Positions 52,664 through 62,318 of a stretch of DNA of 64,000 bases are shown here, one piece after another (within the stretch, counting starts at the first letter, position 1; every line of letters begins with the position of its first letter). This DNA is from an uncultured Dehalococcoides sp. Lineage in GTDB: Bacteria > Chloroflexota > Dehalococcoidia > UBA2979. The notes beneath the pieces were generated by a model that had not been told where the DNA came from, did not search any database, and saw only the letters and a list, made by a program, of their open reading frames with translations. The stretch lies in NCBI GenBank assembly GCA_964628985.1, contig CAZVNJ010000001.1:21477-85476 (forward strand). Reading direction: 5' to 3'. The translations under genes were made by a program, and so were the position numbers.

Positions 52664-53015
52664 CTCACGAGGCCCCCACACAGCATCGGGGAGGCACTCG
52701 CCTCAAGTCACCGAGGCACACAGCGACACAGCAGGCACGCTGGATCTCTCGCGCAGATTCAGCGCGCTCACGTCGCGTCAGTCAGGCCGGGGAATGCAGC
52801 ATCCTCGTGTATGAGGCCATACCGAAGTGACGATTTCGGAATATTTGCATCTGACCTTTGCCGGAGCGTCATATCCTCGTGAGGTAGAGGTGGGACGTCG
52901 TTTGGTGCCCTCGTCACACGACGCCGAGGGCAGGGCTTACTTAGCACGGCAGCCGTCGGGCTGACGGTGACCGGGCCCGTCCCATCCTCCGCTTCCTCAA
53001 CCGAGCACGGAGGAC

Positions 53016-55376
53016 GTGGTGGGGCGTTTGAGCTGGCCCGGGCACTGGACCCTCGCCACGCGCGTTGTCATCGCTTCGGCTGCGTTGCTTGCCGCCCTCC
53101 TGGCCATTGTCGTCGCCACCGAGGACCGGGCGAACGACGAGCGCCGGCGGGCGGAGGTCGACCACTCTTACGAGACCGCTCAGGCAGTGGCGGGCATCGT
53201 AGACGGCTTCGCGAGCGACCTCGAGACCACCATGCTGGCGGCGGCGCTGCTGCTGGGCGACCGCCCGGAGGCGCTGACACAGGCAACGGCTGGCGATCAC
53301 CTCAAGCGACTGACCGAGCAATACGGGCTGCTGCGCGCCATATTCGTGGCGGACCTCGACGGGCGCGTGATCGCCAGCGACTCCGGCGCGGGGCACGGTA
53401 CCGACCTGTCTGCACGCCCATACATGCAGTCTCTGCGCGCGGGGGCGAAGGAGGTCTGGGGCCCGGGTGTCGCGGGTATTGACTCCGGAGAAGTCACGGC
53501 CACCTACGGACGCGTGATCACGGACGGGGCAGGGACGGTCCGCGGCTACCTGGTGGCGGCCTTCTATCCGCCCCGCCTTGCCGAGCGGATCGAGCCACGG
53601 ATCTCCGCGGACGCGGACGTGGTACTGATCGACGGTCTCGGGTTCGTCCTCTACAGCACTGCCCATCCCAACCTGACGCCTGAAGCCCGTGACCTCTCCG
53701 GGCTGCCCGCCGTGCAGGCCGCGCTTTACGGTGCACCCACGCGGCTGGACGGAGTGACCGGCCTGCTGGGGTCGGACGAGCGTTTCGGCGCGATCGTCCC
53801 GATCCGAAACCCCGGCTGGGCCGTGGCGTTCAGCCGGCCGGTCGCCCCACTCGAGTCGATGCTCCGGCAACGCTTGCTCGTGCAGGCGGGCCAGGTGACA
53901 GCGAGCGTGCTCGTTGTGGGGATACTCATGACGGTCTCGACCCGACGCATTGCTCGCCCGCTCGCTCGCCTCGCCCGCGTCGCTGAGAACGTGGCAAGGG
54001 GTGAGCGAGAGTCACCGCCAGTCATCGAGGGCGGCCCGGAGGTCCGGACGCTCTCCGCGGCGATGCAGGCGATGAGTGCGTCCGTGGCGCAGCGCGAAGA
54101 CGCCATCCGTCTCGAGTCCGAGCGCCGGCGAAAGCTGGCCGAGGCGTCGCGAGCCTTCACCGAGGCCGTCGTCGACCTCGACGCGGAGACGGAGACCATC
54201 GCTCAGTCCGTCGCGGAGGCCCTTGCGGACGGATGCGCGGTGATGCTGCTGTCGGAGGACGGGGCACGGCTGCACGTGGCCGCCGTATACCACCCGGACA
54301 CGCGACGACAGCAGCTCGCGCGGGCGGCCCTCCAGGCTCGGCCGCTGGTCGTGGACGGATCGCGCCTGGAACCACTCGTCCGTTCGGCGGAGACGCTCTT
54401 CCTTGCCGACGCCACTCCGCTGCTCCAGTCGGCCTACCCGGAGCGGGCTGGTCTCGTCGAGCAGCTCGGGTTGAACAGCCTGGCCTGCGTCCCGCTGCGG
54501 GCACACGGCCGGGTCATCGGCCTCCTTGGCGTGTGGCGAGACGCTGGTGAGGCGCTGCTGCCCGACGATGTAGTCCTCTTGCAGGAGATTGGCGATCGGG
54601 CGGCGCTGGCGATCGAGAACGCCCGGCTCTTCATGGCCGTGGGAGCCCATGCAGTCGAGGTGGAGCGGGCCATGCTCGCGCAGGACGACCTGCTTTCGCT
54701 CATCTCTCACGACCTCCGCAACCCGATGACTACCATCAAGGCCGCCGCTCAGCTCGTTTACCGTCGTGTCGATGCTGGGAACGCCAGGCGCGAAGACATC
54801 CTGCCCGTGATCTCGATGATCGACGCTGCCGTCGCGAAGGTCACTCGGGAGATCGATGCGATCCTGGACCTTTCGCTCGCGCGGGCCGGCCGCATGCTGG
54901 GCCTGCAGGTGGGCCAGGTGGACCTCGTGCCGCTCGTGGAGCATGTCGCGACGATGCACGGCGAAGGGGTACCGAACGAGATTGTGGTGGAATCCGAGGA
55001 ACCCCACCTACACGGACAGTGGGACTCGTCCCGACTGGAGCGCGTGTTCGACAACCTGATCGGCAACGCGGTGAAGTACAGCCCCGGTGGGGATCCCGTC
55101 ACGGTCCGGGTCACTCGGGAGATGGTCGGCGACGCCCCGTGGGCCACGGTCATGGTCCAGGACCGGGGGATCGGGATCCCCGCCAGCGAGATCGACCGCG
55201 TGTTCGACCGCTTCTATCGAGGCAGCCAGGTCGTCGGGCGGATGCCGGGCACGGGGCTGGGGCTCAGCGGGGTGAAGTTGATTGTCGAAGCCCACGGTGG
55301 CCAGGTCCACGTCGAAAGCGCCGAGGGCGTCGGGAGCACGTTCACCGTCCGCCTGCCATGCCTTCCTCCTGAGTGA
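53016..55376 (+). CDS. large sensor histidine kinase (extracytoplasmic sensor region - HAMP - GAF-like region - HisKA - HATPase_c)
   Basis: GGAGGA upstream of GTG. TM, a ~270-aa external region, TM, the HAMP-like [13 protein letters not shown], and a GAF-like segment. H-box SHDLRNP, N-box [12 protein letters not shown]-boxes [14 protein letters not shown]. Confidence 0.9.
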   Translation: MVGRLSWPGHWTLATRVVIASAALLAALLAIVVATEDRANDERRRAEVDHSYETAQAVAGIVDGFASDLETTMLAAALLLGDRPEALTQATAGDHLKRLTEQYGLLRAIFVADLDGRVIASDSGAGHGTDLSARPYMQSLRAGAKEVWGPGVAGIDSGEVTATYGRVITDGAGTVRGYLVAAFYPPRLAERIEPRISADADVVLIDGLGFVLYSTAHPNLTPEARDLSGLPAVQAALYGAPTRLDGVTGLLGSDERFGAIVPIRNPGWAVAFSRPVAPLESMLRQRLLVQAGQVTASVLVVGILMTVSTRRIARPLARLARVAENVARGERESPPVIEGGPEVRTLSAAMQAMSASVAQREDAIRLESERRRKLAEASRAFTEAVVDLDAETETIAQSVAEALADGCAVMLLSEDGARLHVAAVYHPDTRRQQLARAALQARPLVVDGSRLEPLVRSAETLFLADATPLLQSAYPERAGLVEQLGLNSLACVPLRAHGRVIGLLGVWRDAGEALLPDDVVLLQEIGDRAALAIENARLFMAVGAHAVEVERAMLAQDDLLSLISHDLRNPMTTIKAAAQLVYRRVDAGNARREDILPVISMIDAAVAKVTREIDAILDLSLARAGRMLGLQVGQVDLVPLVEHVATMHGEGVPNEIVVESEEPHLHGQWDSSRLERVFDNLIGNAVKYSPGGDPVTVRVTREMVGDAPWATVMVQDRGIGIPASEIDRVFDRFYRGSQVVGRMPGTGLGLSGVKLIVEAHGGQVHVESAEGVGSTFTVRLPCLPPE

Positions 55377-56067
55377 CGCCAGCCTGGGGGCTCCCGTCGA
55401 ATGCGCCCGGCCGCTCCTCCGCGAGCAACGCCACGAGGTCGAGTTGCGAAGAGGCCCTGGTGTCCGCCCTCAGCACGCCCCGCATCAGCGCCAGCGCCTG
55501 CTCGTTCTCCTCGGGCGTATTGGACGCAACGCAGTCGGACGGGACGACAAGACTGAAGCCGCGCATGTGCGCATCGGCTGCGGTGAAGAGCACGCAGATG
55601 TTCCCCGCGACCCCCGCCAGGATCACGGTGCGTACTCCGAGGTAGCGCAGGAGCACGTCGAGCGTCGTGGAGAAGAAGCCGGAATGCCTGGGCTTCAGCA
55701 CGAAGTAGTCGCTCGGGTGGGGCTTCAGCCGCTCAGCGATCGGCCTGCCCCTGACATCCTCGAGGCAGTGCGCGATCAGACGGCGGAAGTCTGAGCGCCA
55801 CTTGCCGTAGTTGTCATTGACATAAACAACGGGGATACCCGCCGCACGCGAGCGGTGGGCGAGGTGTTCGATGCGTACTGCGGCGGCTTCAAAGTGGGGG
55901 AGGAGCAGGTCGCCCCCGGTCCACTCGAGGTCGTTGATCACGTCGAGCAAGAGCAGGGCGACCGATGAGGGCGCAGTCGCGTCTTCCTGCGGAACATCCT
56001 CGACCAGGCCGTCGGGGGACTGGGGACCCCCGAAGCGGCCCGGCTGGTTGGTGCGATCCGGTGCCAT
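55342..56067 (-). CDS. isochorismatase-family cysteine hydrolase
   Basis: ALLLLDVINDL.., the VVYVNDNYG pattern and catalytic-Cys context GVAGNICV. The 3' end overlaps the convergent kinase gene by 35 nt. Confidence 0.85.
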   Translation of the reverse strand: MAPDRTNQPGRFGGPQSPDGLVEDVPQEDATAPSSVALLLLDVINDLEWTGGDLLLPHFEAAAVRIEHLAHRSRAAGIPVVYVNDNYGKWRSDFRRLIAHCLEDVRGRPIAERLKPHPSDYFVLKPRHSGFFSTTLDVLLRYLGVRTVILAGVAGNICVLFTAADAHMRGFSLVVPSDCVASNTPEENEQALALMRGVLRADTRASSQLDLVALLAEERPGAFDGSPQAGVTQEEGMAGGR

Positions 56068-56073
56068 CAGCGG

Positions 56074-56667
56074 CTAGAGCAACTCCTCTCGCGCGCCCTT
56101 GGCACGCGCAGCGCCGATAGCGGTCTTGACCTTCTTCTCCTCCTCAGGAGGGGGGAGTACGGCGGGAAGCCCCAAAGCCTCGATCCAGAGTTCACGGGCC
56201 CAGCCCATCGTGTGGTACAGGTGCTCGTCCTCTTCCTCTTCCACCTCGTCGTAGGCCTCACGCAGCGCGTCGCGGAGCGTGCCCTTCGCGTTCTCTGAGA
56301 GGTGGCCGATTAGTTCCCAGTTCTGATGGTCCTTGGTCTCTGCCTCGACCACTGACTCGGCGGCGACCAACTGCGCCGCCGGCTGTCCTGCCGACTCGAG
56401 TGCCATCTGCATCGCCGCGACCAGGCCCTTCGCCTTCGAGCGGACGACCTCACGGCCGGGCGTTTCAACCGCCGGGTCGAGGTCGACTTTCTCGAAGAGC
56501 GAGAGGAGGACGCGCTCGTGGTTTTCGGTCTCCTCGAGGTACTTCTGCCACTCGTCGCGCAACTCATCGTTGGCTACGCACTGGATGGCTGCCTTGTAGA
56601 CCGCCTGTCCGCCGATCTCGGTCTCGAGGGCCTGGTACAGCAACTCGCGCATCTGCTCTTCGTTCAC
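56074..56667 (-). CDS. ferritin-like/rubrerythrin-like di-iron domain protein
   Basis: Two E..ExxH-like elements (EETENHE; EEEDEHLYH) in a predicted four-helix layout. The family assignment is approximate. Confidence 0.6.
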   Translation of the reverse strand: MNEEQMRELLYQALETEIGGQAVYKAAIQCVANDELRDEWQKYLEETENHERVLLSLFEKVDLDPAVETPGREVVRSKAKGLVAAMQMALESAGQPAAQLVAAESVVEAETKDHQNWELIGHLSENAKGTLRDALREAYDEVEEEEDEHLYHTMGWARELWIEALGLPAVLPPPEEEKKVKTAIGAARAKGAREELL

Positions 56668-56884
56668 GGATTCCTGCCTCTGACAGACGCTGGCTGACCG
56701 CCCGTGACGACACTACGAGTCGTGATGAGTTGCGGGCGCAAACGAAACGAGAGGCGCTATTGCTGACTCGTAACAGGAAGTCGCGGCGGTCAAGGTTCAC
56801 ACCTGACACACCTTCGCCACGCTCGCCTGGGCGCATTGGCGCCTCCTCCCGAAGGCGGGTCGAAGATGGCCGAGGAGGTATCAC

Positions 56885-57865
56885 ATGGTGGCACTCGGAT
56901 ACGCCCTGCTCGGTGAGGAACACGACGCGCGGACGCTGGTGCGGAATGCCGCGCGCGCAGAGGAGGCGGGCTTCTCCTTCGCGCTGATCTCTGACCACTT
57001 CCACCCGTGGACGGATGCCCAGGGGCATAGCCCGTTCGTCTGGACGACCCTCGGTGCCATCGCCCAGGTCACGGACCGGATGGTGGTGGGCACTGGCGTG
57101 ACCTGCCCAACGATCCGCGTGCATCCTGCGATCGTGGCACAGGCCGCGGCGACGACGGCCACGCTGCTGCCCGGTCGGTTCTTCCTCGGTGTCGGGACCG
57201 GGGAGAACCTGAACGAGCACGTGCTCGGGGACCACTGGCCGGCGGCGCCTGAACGGCGGGCGATGCTGGAAGAGGCCATCCACGTCATCCGGTCACTCTG
57301 GAAGGGGCGCGAGTGGAGTTTCCGCGGGGCCTACTACACCGTGGAACATGCAAGGCTCTACACCCTTCCCGAGACGCCCCCACCGATCCTGATGGCGGCA
57401 TCCGGCCCGCGGTCGGCAGCGCTCGCCGGTCGGGCCTGCGATGGACTGGTCGCCACCTCGCCAGATGCCGATCTGGTCCGTGCCTGGAAGGAAGCGGGTG
57501 GGCACGGGCCGGTCATCGGGATGCTCCACCTGGCGTACGCCGCGACTCGTGACGAGGGGCGAGCGACACTCATGACGCACTGGCCGCATGCACCACTGCC
57601 CGGGCACCTCAACGCCGACCTCCGCCGGCCGGCGGAGTTCGAGGGCGCCTCAACCCACATCCGACCCGACGCCTATGACGACCGCACGCCCCAGGGCCCG
57701 GACCCGCGTCCCGTCATCGAAGGTATCGAGGAGTACGAGCGTGCCGGGTTCGACCATGTGGTGCTGCATCAGATCGGCCCCGAGCAGGACGCGTTCGTCC
57801 GCTTCTTCGAGCGGGAGATTTCTCCCGGAGTCCGGGCGGACGCGGTGACGCTCGGTCGTCGATGA
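56885..57865 (+). CDS. LLM-class F420-dependent oxidoreductase (G6PD-related subgroup)
   Basis: GAGGAGG upstream. ISDHFHPW, GVGTGENLNEH and the HVIRSLWKG pattern. Confidence 0.85.
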   Translation: MVALGYALLGEEHDARTLVRNAARAEEAGFSFALISDHFHPWTDAQGHSPFVWTTLGAIAQVTDRMVVGTGVTCPTIRVHPAIVAQAAATTATLLPGRFFLGVGTGENLNEHVLGDHWPAAPERRAMLEEAIHVIRSLWKGREWSFRGAYYTVEHARLYTLPETPPPILMAASGPRSAALAGRACDGLVATSPDADLVRAWKEAGGHGPVIGMLHLAYAATRDEGRATLMTHWPHAPLPGHLNADLRRPAEFEGASTHIRPDAYDDRTPQGPDPRPVIEGIEEYERAGFDHVVLHQIGPEQDAFVRFFEREISPGVRADAVTLGRR

Positions 57866-57879
57866 GCCTCGGTTGGCGG

Positions 57880-59223
57880 CTAGGACGATTCCCGAGCCTG
57901 CTCCAGCGCCCGCTGCTGGAGGATGAGCTCGGGGGTGTCCTCCAGCACGCCGGCCTCCCGAAGCTGCGCGATTTCCTCGGGCGTCTTCCCGAGGATCTCC
58001 CTGAGGACGTAATCCGTGTGCTCGCCCAGCGCGGGGGCGGCCGCGTAGATGGCCGCCGGCGTCCGGCTGTAATTCCAGGCCTCGCCAGCCAGGATGTGAG
58101 GGCCGACCGAGGAGTGCTGCACCTCCGGCCAGAACCCGCGCGCCTGCAGGTGCGGATCGTGCACGACCCGCCGGTTGTCAGCGCAGACACCGGCCGCGAC
58201 GCCGTGCGACTGGAGGATCGTCATCGTCTCGTCGGCGGTGCGCGTTGCTGTCCACGCGCCGATTGCGGCATCGATGGTGTCGTGGTGAAGCACGCGTGAC
58301 TCGTACGTCGGGTACTGGGCTCGCAGCGCCTCGTGGCCGATGGCCGTGCAGAGCCCTCGCCACTCAGCGTCCGAGCCAACGGCGAGGGCAACCCATGCGT
58401 CTTCACCGCTGCAGCGGTAGACGCCGGAGGGAGCCATGTAGTCGTCTCGGTTGCCGATCCAGGTCGGGTCCTGACCGGTCATCTGGTAGGCGAGGACAGA
58501 TTCTGCTGTCCAGGTGATCGTGGCCTCTCGTTGTGACAGGTCGACGTACTGTCCGCGGCCGGTCTTCCGGCGATGCATGAGCGCGGTCATGATGTAACCG
58601 GCCGTGTGCATCCCAGCGATCGGGTCGCCATAGTTGATGCCTGTCTTCATCGGAGTGTCGTCACCCCGATATCCCGTCCGGGCCACGATGCCCCCGAGTT
58701 GCTCGATGGCCACGCCGTATCCGACGTACTTCGCCTCCGGACCACCGTTGCCAGAAGGCGGCATCGAGACGAAGACGATGTCCTCGTTCACACTCCGCAG
58801 CACGTCGTACCCGAAGCCCATGCGCTCGAAGACGCCGCCACCGAAGTTCTCGACGACGATATCCGCTATGGCGGCCAGTTCCATGAACACTGCACGCCCC
58901 TCCGGCATGAGAATGTTCATGCAGACCCCGAGCTTGTTCCGGTTGTACTTGTTGAAGTACCCGTTCCGGTTCCACGGATCCTCGCCGGGGTCATTCCCCG
59001 CGTACAGGCTCAGGGGCGACGAGGACGGCGGCGGGATCGCCGGGCCGCGGATCGAGTCGAGTTGCCGGTTCGCCTCGATCTTGATGATCGTGGCCCCGAG
59101 GTCACCCAGGAGCTTGGTGCAATAGGGCCCGGCCCACACCATCGAACAGTCGAGGACGACGACTCCGGTGAGCGGGCCTTGCTGGCCGGGCCGGAGAGGG
59201 ACAGAGCGCTGTCCGTCCGTCAT
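57880..59223 (-). CDS. family III CoA-transferase (CaiB/BaiF type)
   Basis: LTGVVVLDCSMVWAGPYCTKLLGDLGATIIKIE. The start overlaps the upstream paralog's stop by 4 nt. Confidence 0.9.
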   Translation of the reverse strand: MTDGQRSVPLRPGQQGPLTGVVVLDCSMVWAGPYCTKLLGDLGATIIKIEANRQLDSIRGPAIPPPSSSPLSLYAGNDPGEDPWNRNGYFNKYNRNKLGVCMNILMPEGRAVFMELAAIADIVVENFGGGVFERMGFGYDVLRSVNEDIVFVSMPPSGNGGPEAKYVGYGVAIEQLGGIVARTGYRGDDTPMKTGINYGDPIAGMHTAGYIMTALMHRRKTGRGQYVDLSQREATITWTAESVLAYQMTGQDPTWIGNRDDYMAPSGVYRCSGEDAWVALAVGSDAEWRGLCTAIGHEALRAQYPTYESRVLHHDTIDAAIGAWTATRTADETMTILQSHGVAAGVCADNRRVVHDPHLQARGFWPEVQHSSVGPHILAGEAWNYSRTPAAIYAAAPALGEHTDYVLREILGKTPEEIAQLREAGVLEDTPELILQQRALEQARESS

Positions 59224-60449
59224 CGTCTGCCGCCTTCCGCGCCGCCTGCAGCCACAGGCGCACCGCCGAATGCGCCGGCGGCGGAGAGCCGCGAGAGCGA
59301 CGCCGCATCATGTCCCAGCGAGGTCACCACCTCATGCGTGTGCTCGCCAAGCAGCGGCGCGCGTTTCGACTCCCACAGCCCGTCCGAGAAGTGCGCGGCG
59401 ACCGACGGGTACTGCAGCGTCCCGGCAATGGGATGCTCTACCTCGTGGAAGAATCCGCGGTACTGCAGTTGTTCATTCTTGAATAGGTCAGCAGGTGTCG
59501 CGACGTATCCGAAGGGCAGACCGAGCGCCTGCGCCTTCTGGTAGATCTCTTCCTTGTTGTGCGTGATCAACCACGGCAACATCAAGGCGTCGATCTCGTC
59601 GCGCAGTTCGCTTTGGGAGCCCGCCTGCTGGTATCGCGCATCCGCGAGGATCGGTTCCTCCATCAGGGTGGCGATGTTCGCCCAGCGTCGGAGTGGCCCG
59701 GACACTACTCCGACGAAGCCGTCCGCGCAGGGGTAGATGCCCCATGCTGCACGAGCGCCGTTGCCGCTGCGCGGATAGACCTGGCCCGCGTAGATGTACG
59801 CCATGTCCGTCATCTCCAGCAGCGAGGTCGCATGCTCGAAGACGGAGACGTCGACGTGCTGGCCCAGGCCGGACGCGGCGCGCTCCCAGAGGCCGGCCAG
59901 CGTCGCGATGTAGGCGTTCTGTCCGGCACCGTACTGCCCGAGGTATCCACCGTTCTTCAGCGGTTCTCGGTCCGGTTCGCCCGTGATGTACATCAGCCCG
60001 CTGAGAGCGTACGTCGTGATCTCCCAGGCATGGTGCTGGGCATACGGGCCTGTCTGCCCGAACGGAGTGACCGAGACGTAGAGCAGGCCCGGGAACTCGT
60101 CGCGTAGTTGCTCGTAGCCCAGGCCCAGTTCCGCGAGGGCGCCGGGGCGGAAGCTCTCGATCAGGACGTCGGCGCTTCCCAGCAGTTCACGCAAGACGGC
60201 GCGGCCGTCCTCGGTGTGGATGTCGAGGGTGACCGAACGCTTGCCCTGGTTCAGGTAGAGGTGGAATGCACCGGTGTCAGGGTCGGGCACGCCCCCGGCA
60301 AAGGGGCCCCATCGACGGATGGGGTCGCCGTCGGGTGGCTCGACCTTGATCACGTCTGCGCCGAACCCGGCCAGGATCCGGCCGCAATAGGGCCCCGCGA
60401 TGTACTGCGACAGATCGACCACGCGCGTCCCGACGAGCGGTCCGTCCAT
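59220..60449 (-). CDS. family III CoA-transferase (CaiB/BaiF type)
   Basis: Start chosen at MDGPLVGTRVVDLSQYIAGPYCGRILAGFGADVIKVE. The 60450-60677 extension lacks family similarity. Confidence 0.9.
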   Translation of the reverse strand: MDGPLVGTRVVDLSQYIAGPYCGRILAGFGADVIKVEPPDGDPIRRWGPFAGGVPDPDTGAFHLYLNQGKRSVTLDIHTEDGRAVLRELLGSADVLIESFRPGALAELGLGYEQLRDEFPGLLYVSVTPFGQTGPYAQHHAWEITTYALSGLMYITGEPDREPLKNGGYLGQYGAGQNAYIATLAGLWERAASGLGQHVDVSVFEHATSLLEMTDMAYIYAGQVYPRSGNGARAAWGIYPCADGFVGVVSGPLRRWANIATLMEEPILADARYQQAGSQSELRDEIDALMLPWLITHNKEEIYQKAQALGLPFGYVATPADLFKNEQLQYRGFFHEVEHPIAGTLQYPSVAAHFSDGLWESKRAPLLGEHTHEVVTSLGHDAASLSRLSAAGAFGGAPVAAGGAEGGRR

Positions 60450-60677
60450 TGCGCGAGCCTTCCTCAACTGCGGTCCCGTGTGGAAGGGGTTGGCCCGGCC
60501 GATCCGGACCTTGGCCCGACTGTAGTCCACGTCCGGCGGCTGGAGTAGCGGCCCAGGGTCATCTGGCTCACAGCAAACGTTGGCTCCCTTTTCGAGCCTT
60601 CTGTTAGGCCGCCCTTCGGGCTGAGAGATGTCTTCGATGGGCACGTAGGTAGACCCACCCGCAGGAGGTGCATGCAT

Positions 60678-60986
60678 ATGCCGAGGTCATGGAGTGCCAA
60701 GGACGAGCGCCAGTACGAGCACGTGAAGGAGAGCGAGAAGGAGCGCGGCCGTTCCACGGACAAGGCGAAGGAGATCGCCGCCCGGACGGTGAACAAGCAG
60801 CGCCGGGAGGAGGGCCGTACGCCCAACAGGCGCACCCAGGGCACCGGGAACCCCCGTACCTCGCTGGACGCCAGGAGTGAGGACGAGCTGCACAACCGAG
60901 CCTCCGAACTGGCGATCGCCGGCCACGACCGAATGAGCCGCGACGAGTTGGTGACCGCGATCCGGCGGCGCAACGGCACGCGCTGA
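60678..60986 (+). CDS. small highly charged protein with a C-terminal Rho_N/SAP-like helix-extended-helix motif
   Basis: AGGAGG lies 9 nt upstream of the ATG at 60678. The C-terminus ELHNRASELAIAGHDRMSRDELVTAIRR resembles the Rho N-terminal domain motif. Confidence 0.6.
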   Translation: MPRSWSAKDERQYEHVKESEKERGRSTDKAKEIAARTVNKQRREEGRTPNRRTQGTGNPRTSLDARSEDELHNRASELAIAGHDRMSRDELVTAIRRRNGTR

Positions 60987-61132
60987 CCTATGCCGTCCTG
61001 CAATGTTTTCGTGACTGCGGCCACCGCGCCGCATGCGCGGAATGAGATGCGCCCACTTTTAACGTTTCCCCACGGATTCGGCGCCCCCTCGTGTGGCGCT
61101 CCCGCGTTGCCCGTGCGGCAAAGGAGCCCGAC

Positions 61133-62248
61133 ATGATGCTCGTGACGACCGCGGGACGCGGGTCGATGGACTATTACGCCGCGGAACTCGCCGCCCATCT
61201 CCCGGAGATCCCGATCCTCGCGACAGACGAGTCACGGCGAATCGAGAGCCAGTTCAATGCGCCCCTCTGGAGCAAGGACACGCTGCGCGGGCTTCGCAAT
61301 GACGTTGACTTCGTCCGTCGCCTGCGGGCGATTGACGAGCCACTTCACTTCCCGAACCACCACCTCGCGCGGTACGGGCTGTTCCTGGATGTCCCGTACG
61401 TGGTGACAGTGCACGACCTCATCCGCTACTTCGACATGCATCGACATCAACCGCTGATCCACCGCCCGAACTGGCGCGATCGGGCACTGCTCACGCTCGA
61501 CTACGCCGGCATCCGCCAGGCTGACGCGATCATCGCAGTCTCGAACACCACGAAGACCGACATCGTCGAGTACCTCGGTATCCCGGAAGATCGCGTGCAC
61601 GTGGTCTACGAGGGGGTGGACCACAAGCGGTTCCACCCCACCGAGTCGCGGCCGTACGACTTTCCGTACATCTTGTTCGTCGGTTCGGAGCACCCTCGGA
61701 AGAACCTTGCCGGACTGATCGCCGCGTTCGCCGTGCTGAAGGCTTCAGGCCGTCACCCGGATCTGCGGCTCGTGAAGGTGGGCGCTGCCGGAGGCACGGA
61801 GGCAGACTTCCGGGCCTCGACCGAACGACTGATCGCGCAGCATGGAGTCGCGGATGACGTGGTGCTCGCGGGGCGAGTCCCGGATGGAGAACTGGCGTCC
61901 TACTACTCCGGCGCCGAATGCACGGTGCTCCCTTCGCTGTACGAAGGCTTCGGGTTCCCGGCCATCGAGGCGATGGCATGTGGCTCGCCCGTGGTTGTCT
62001 CCAGCGCTGGATCGCTTCCGGAGGTGGTGGGAGACGCAGGAGTTGTCGTGTCACCTCGGGTCCCGGAGCAGCTGGCGGCGGCTCTCCATTCGTTGCTTTC
62101 TGAGCCGGCGCGCCAGGCTGAACTTCGTGCGCGCGGTCTGAGGCGAGCCGCTCGGTTCACCTGGGAGCGGGCCGCCGCCGGTACGCGTCGTGTCTACGCC
62201 GAGGTCGAGGGCCTGGCGCCGGTCCCGGCTGCCGCAGTTGCCGCGTAG
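61133..62248 (+). CDS. GT4-family (GT-B fold) glycosyltransferase
   Basis: AAGGAG upstream. C-terminal PSLYEGFGFPAIEAMACGSPVVVS motif. Confidence 0.85.
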   Translation: MMLVTTAGRGSMDYYAAELAAHLPEIPILATDESRRIESQFNAPLWSKDTLRGLRNDVDFVRRLRAIDEPLHFPNHHLARYGLFLDVPYVVTVHDLIRYFDMHRHQPLIHRPNWRDRALLTLDYAGIRQADAIIAVSNTTKTDIVEYLGIPEDRVHVVYEGVDHKRFHPTESRPYDFPYILFVGSEHPRKNLAGLIAAFAVLKASGRHPDLRLVKVGAAGGTEADFRASTERLIAQHGVADDVVLAGRVPDGELASYYSGAECTVLPSLYEGFGFPAIEAMACGSPVVVSSAGSLPEVVGDAGVVVSPRVPEQLAAALHSLLSEPARQAELRARGLRRAARFTWERAAAGTRRVYAEVEGLAPVPAAAVAA

Positions 62249-62318
62249 CGGACCGATCGATTCGCGTCACTCGATCATGGTCTGAGAGAGACTCAGGCGT
62301 CAGCCCAGGACTCGGCAT

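Noticed and set aside
52811-52882. 23-codon ATG-initiated mini-ORF in the long intergenic region
   Set aside because: It uses A/T-ending codons unlike every confident gene here, has no ribosome-binding site and is too short to support. It is treated as non-coding.
60464-61198. 244-aa - strand ORF
   Set aside because: It is antisense to the Rho_N-motif gene and the glycosyltransferase leader. It is Ser/Arg-rich with no motif and no ribosome-binding site.
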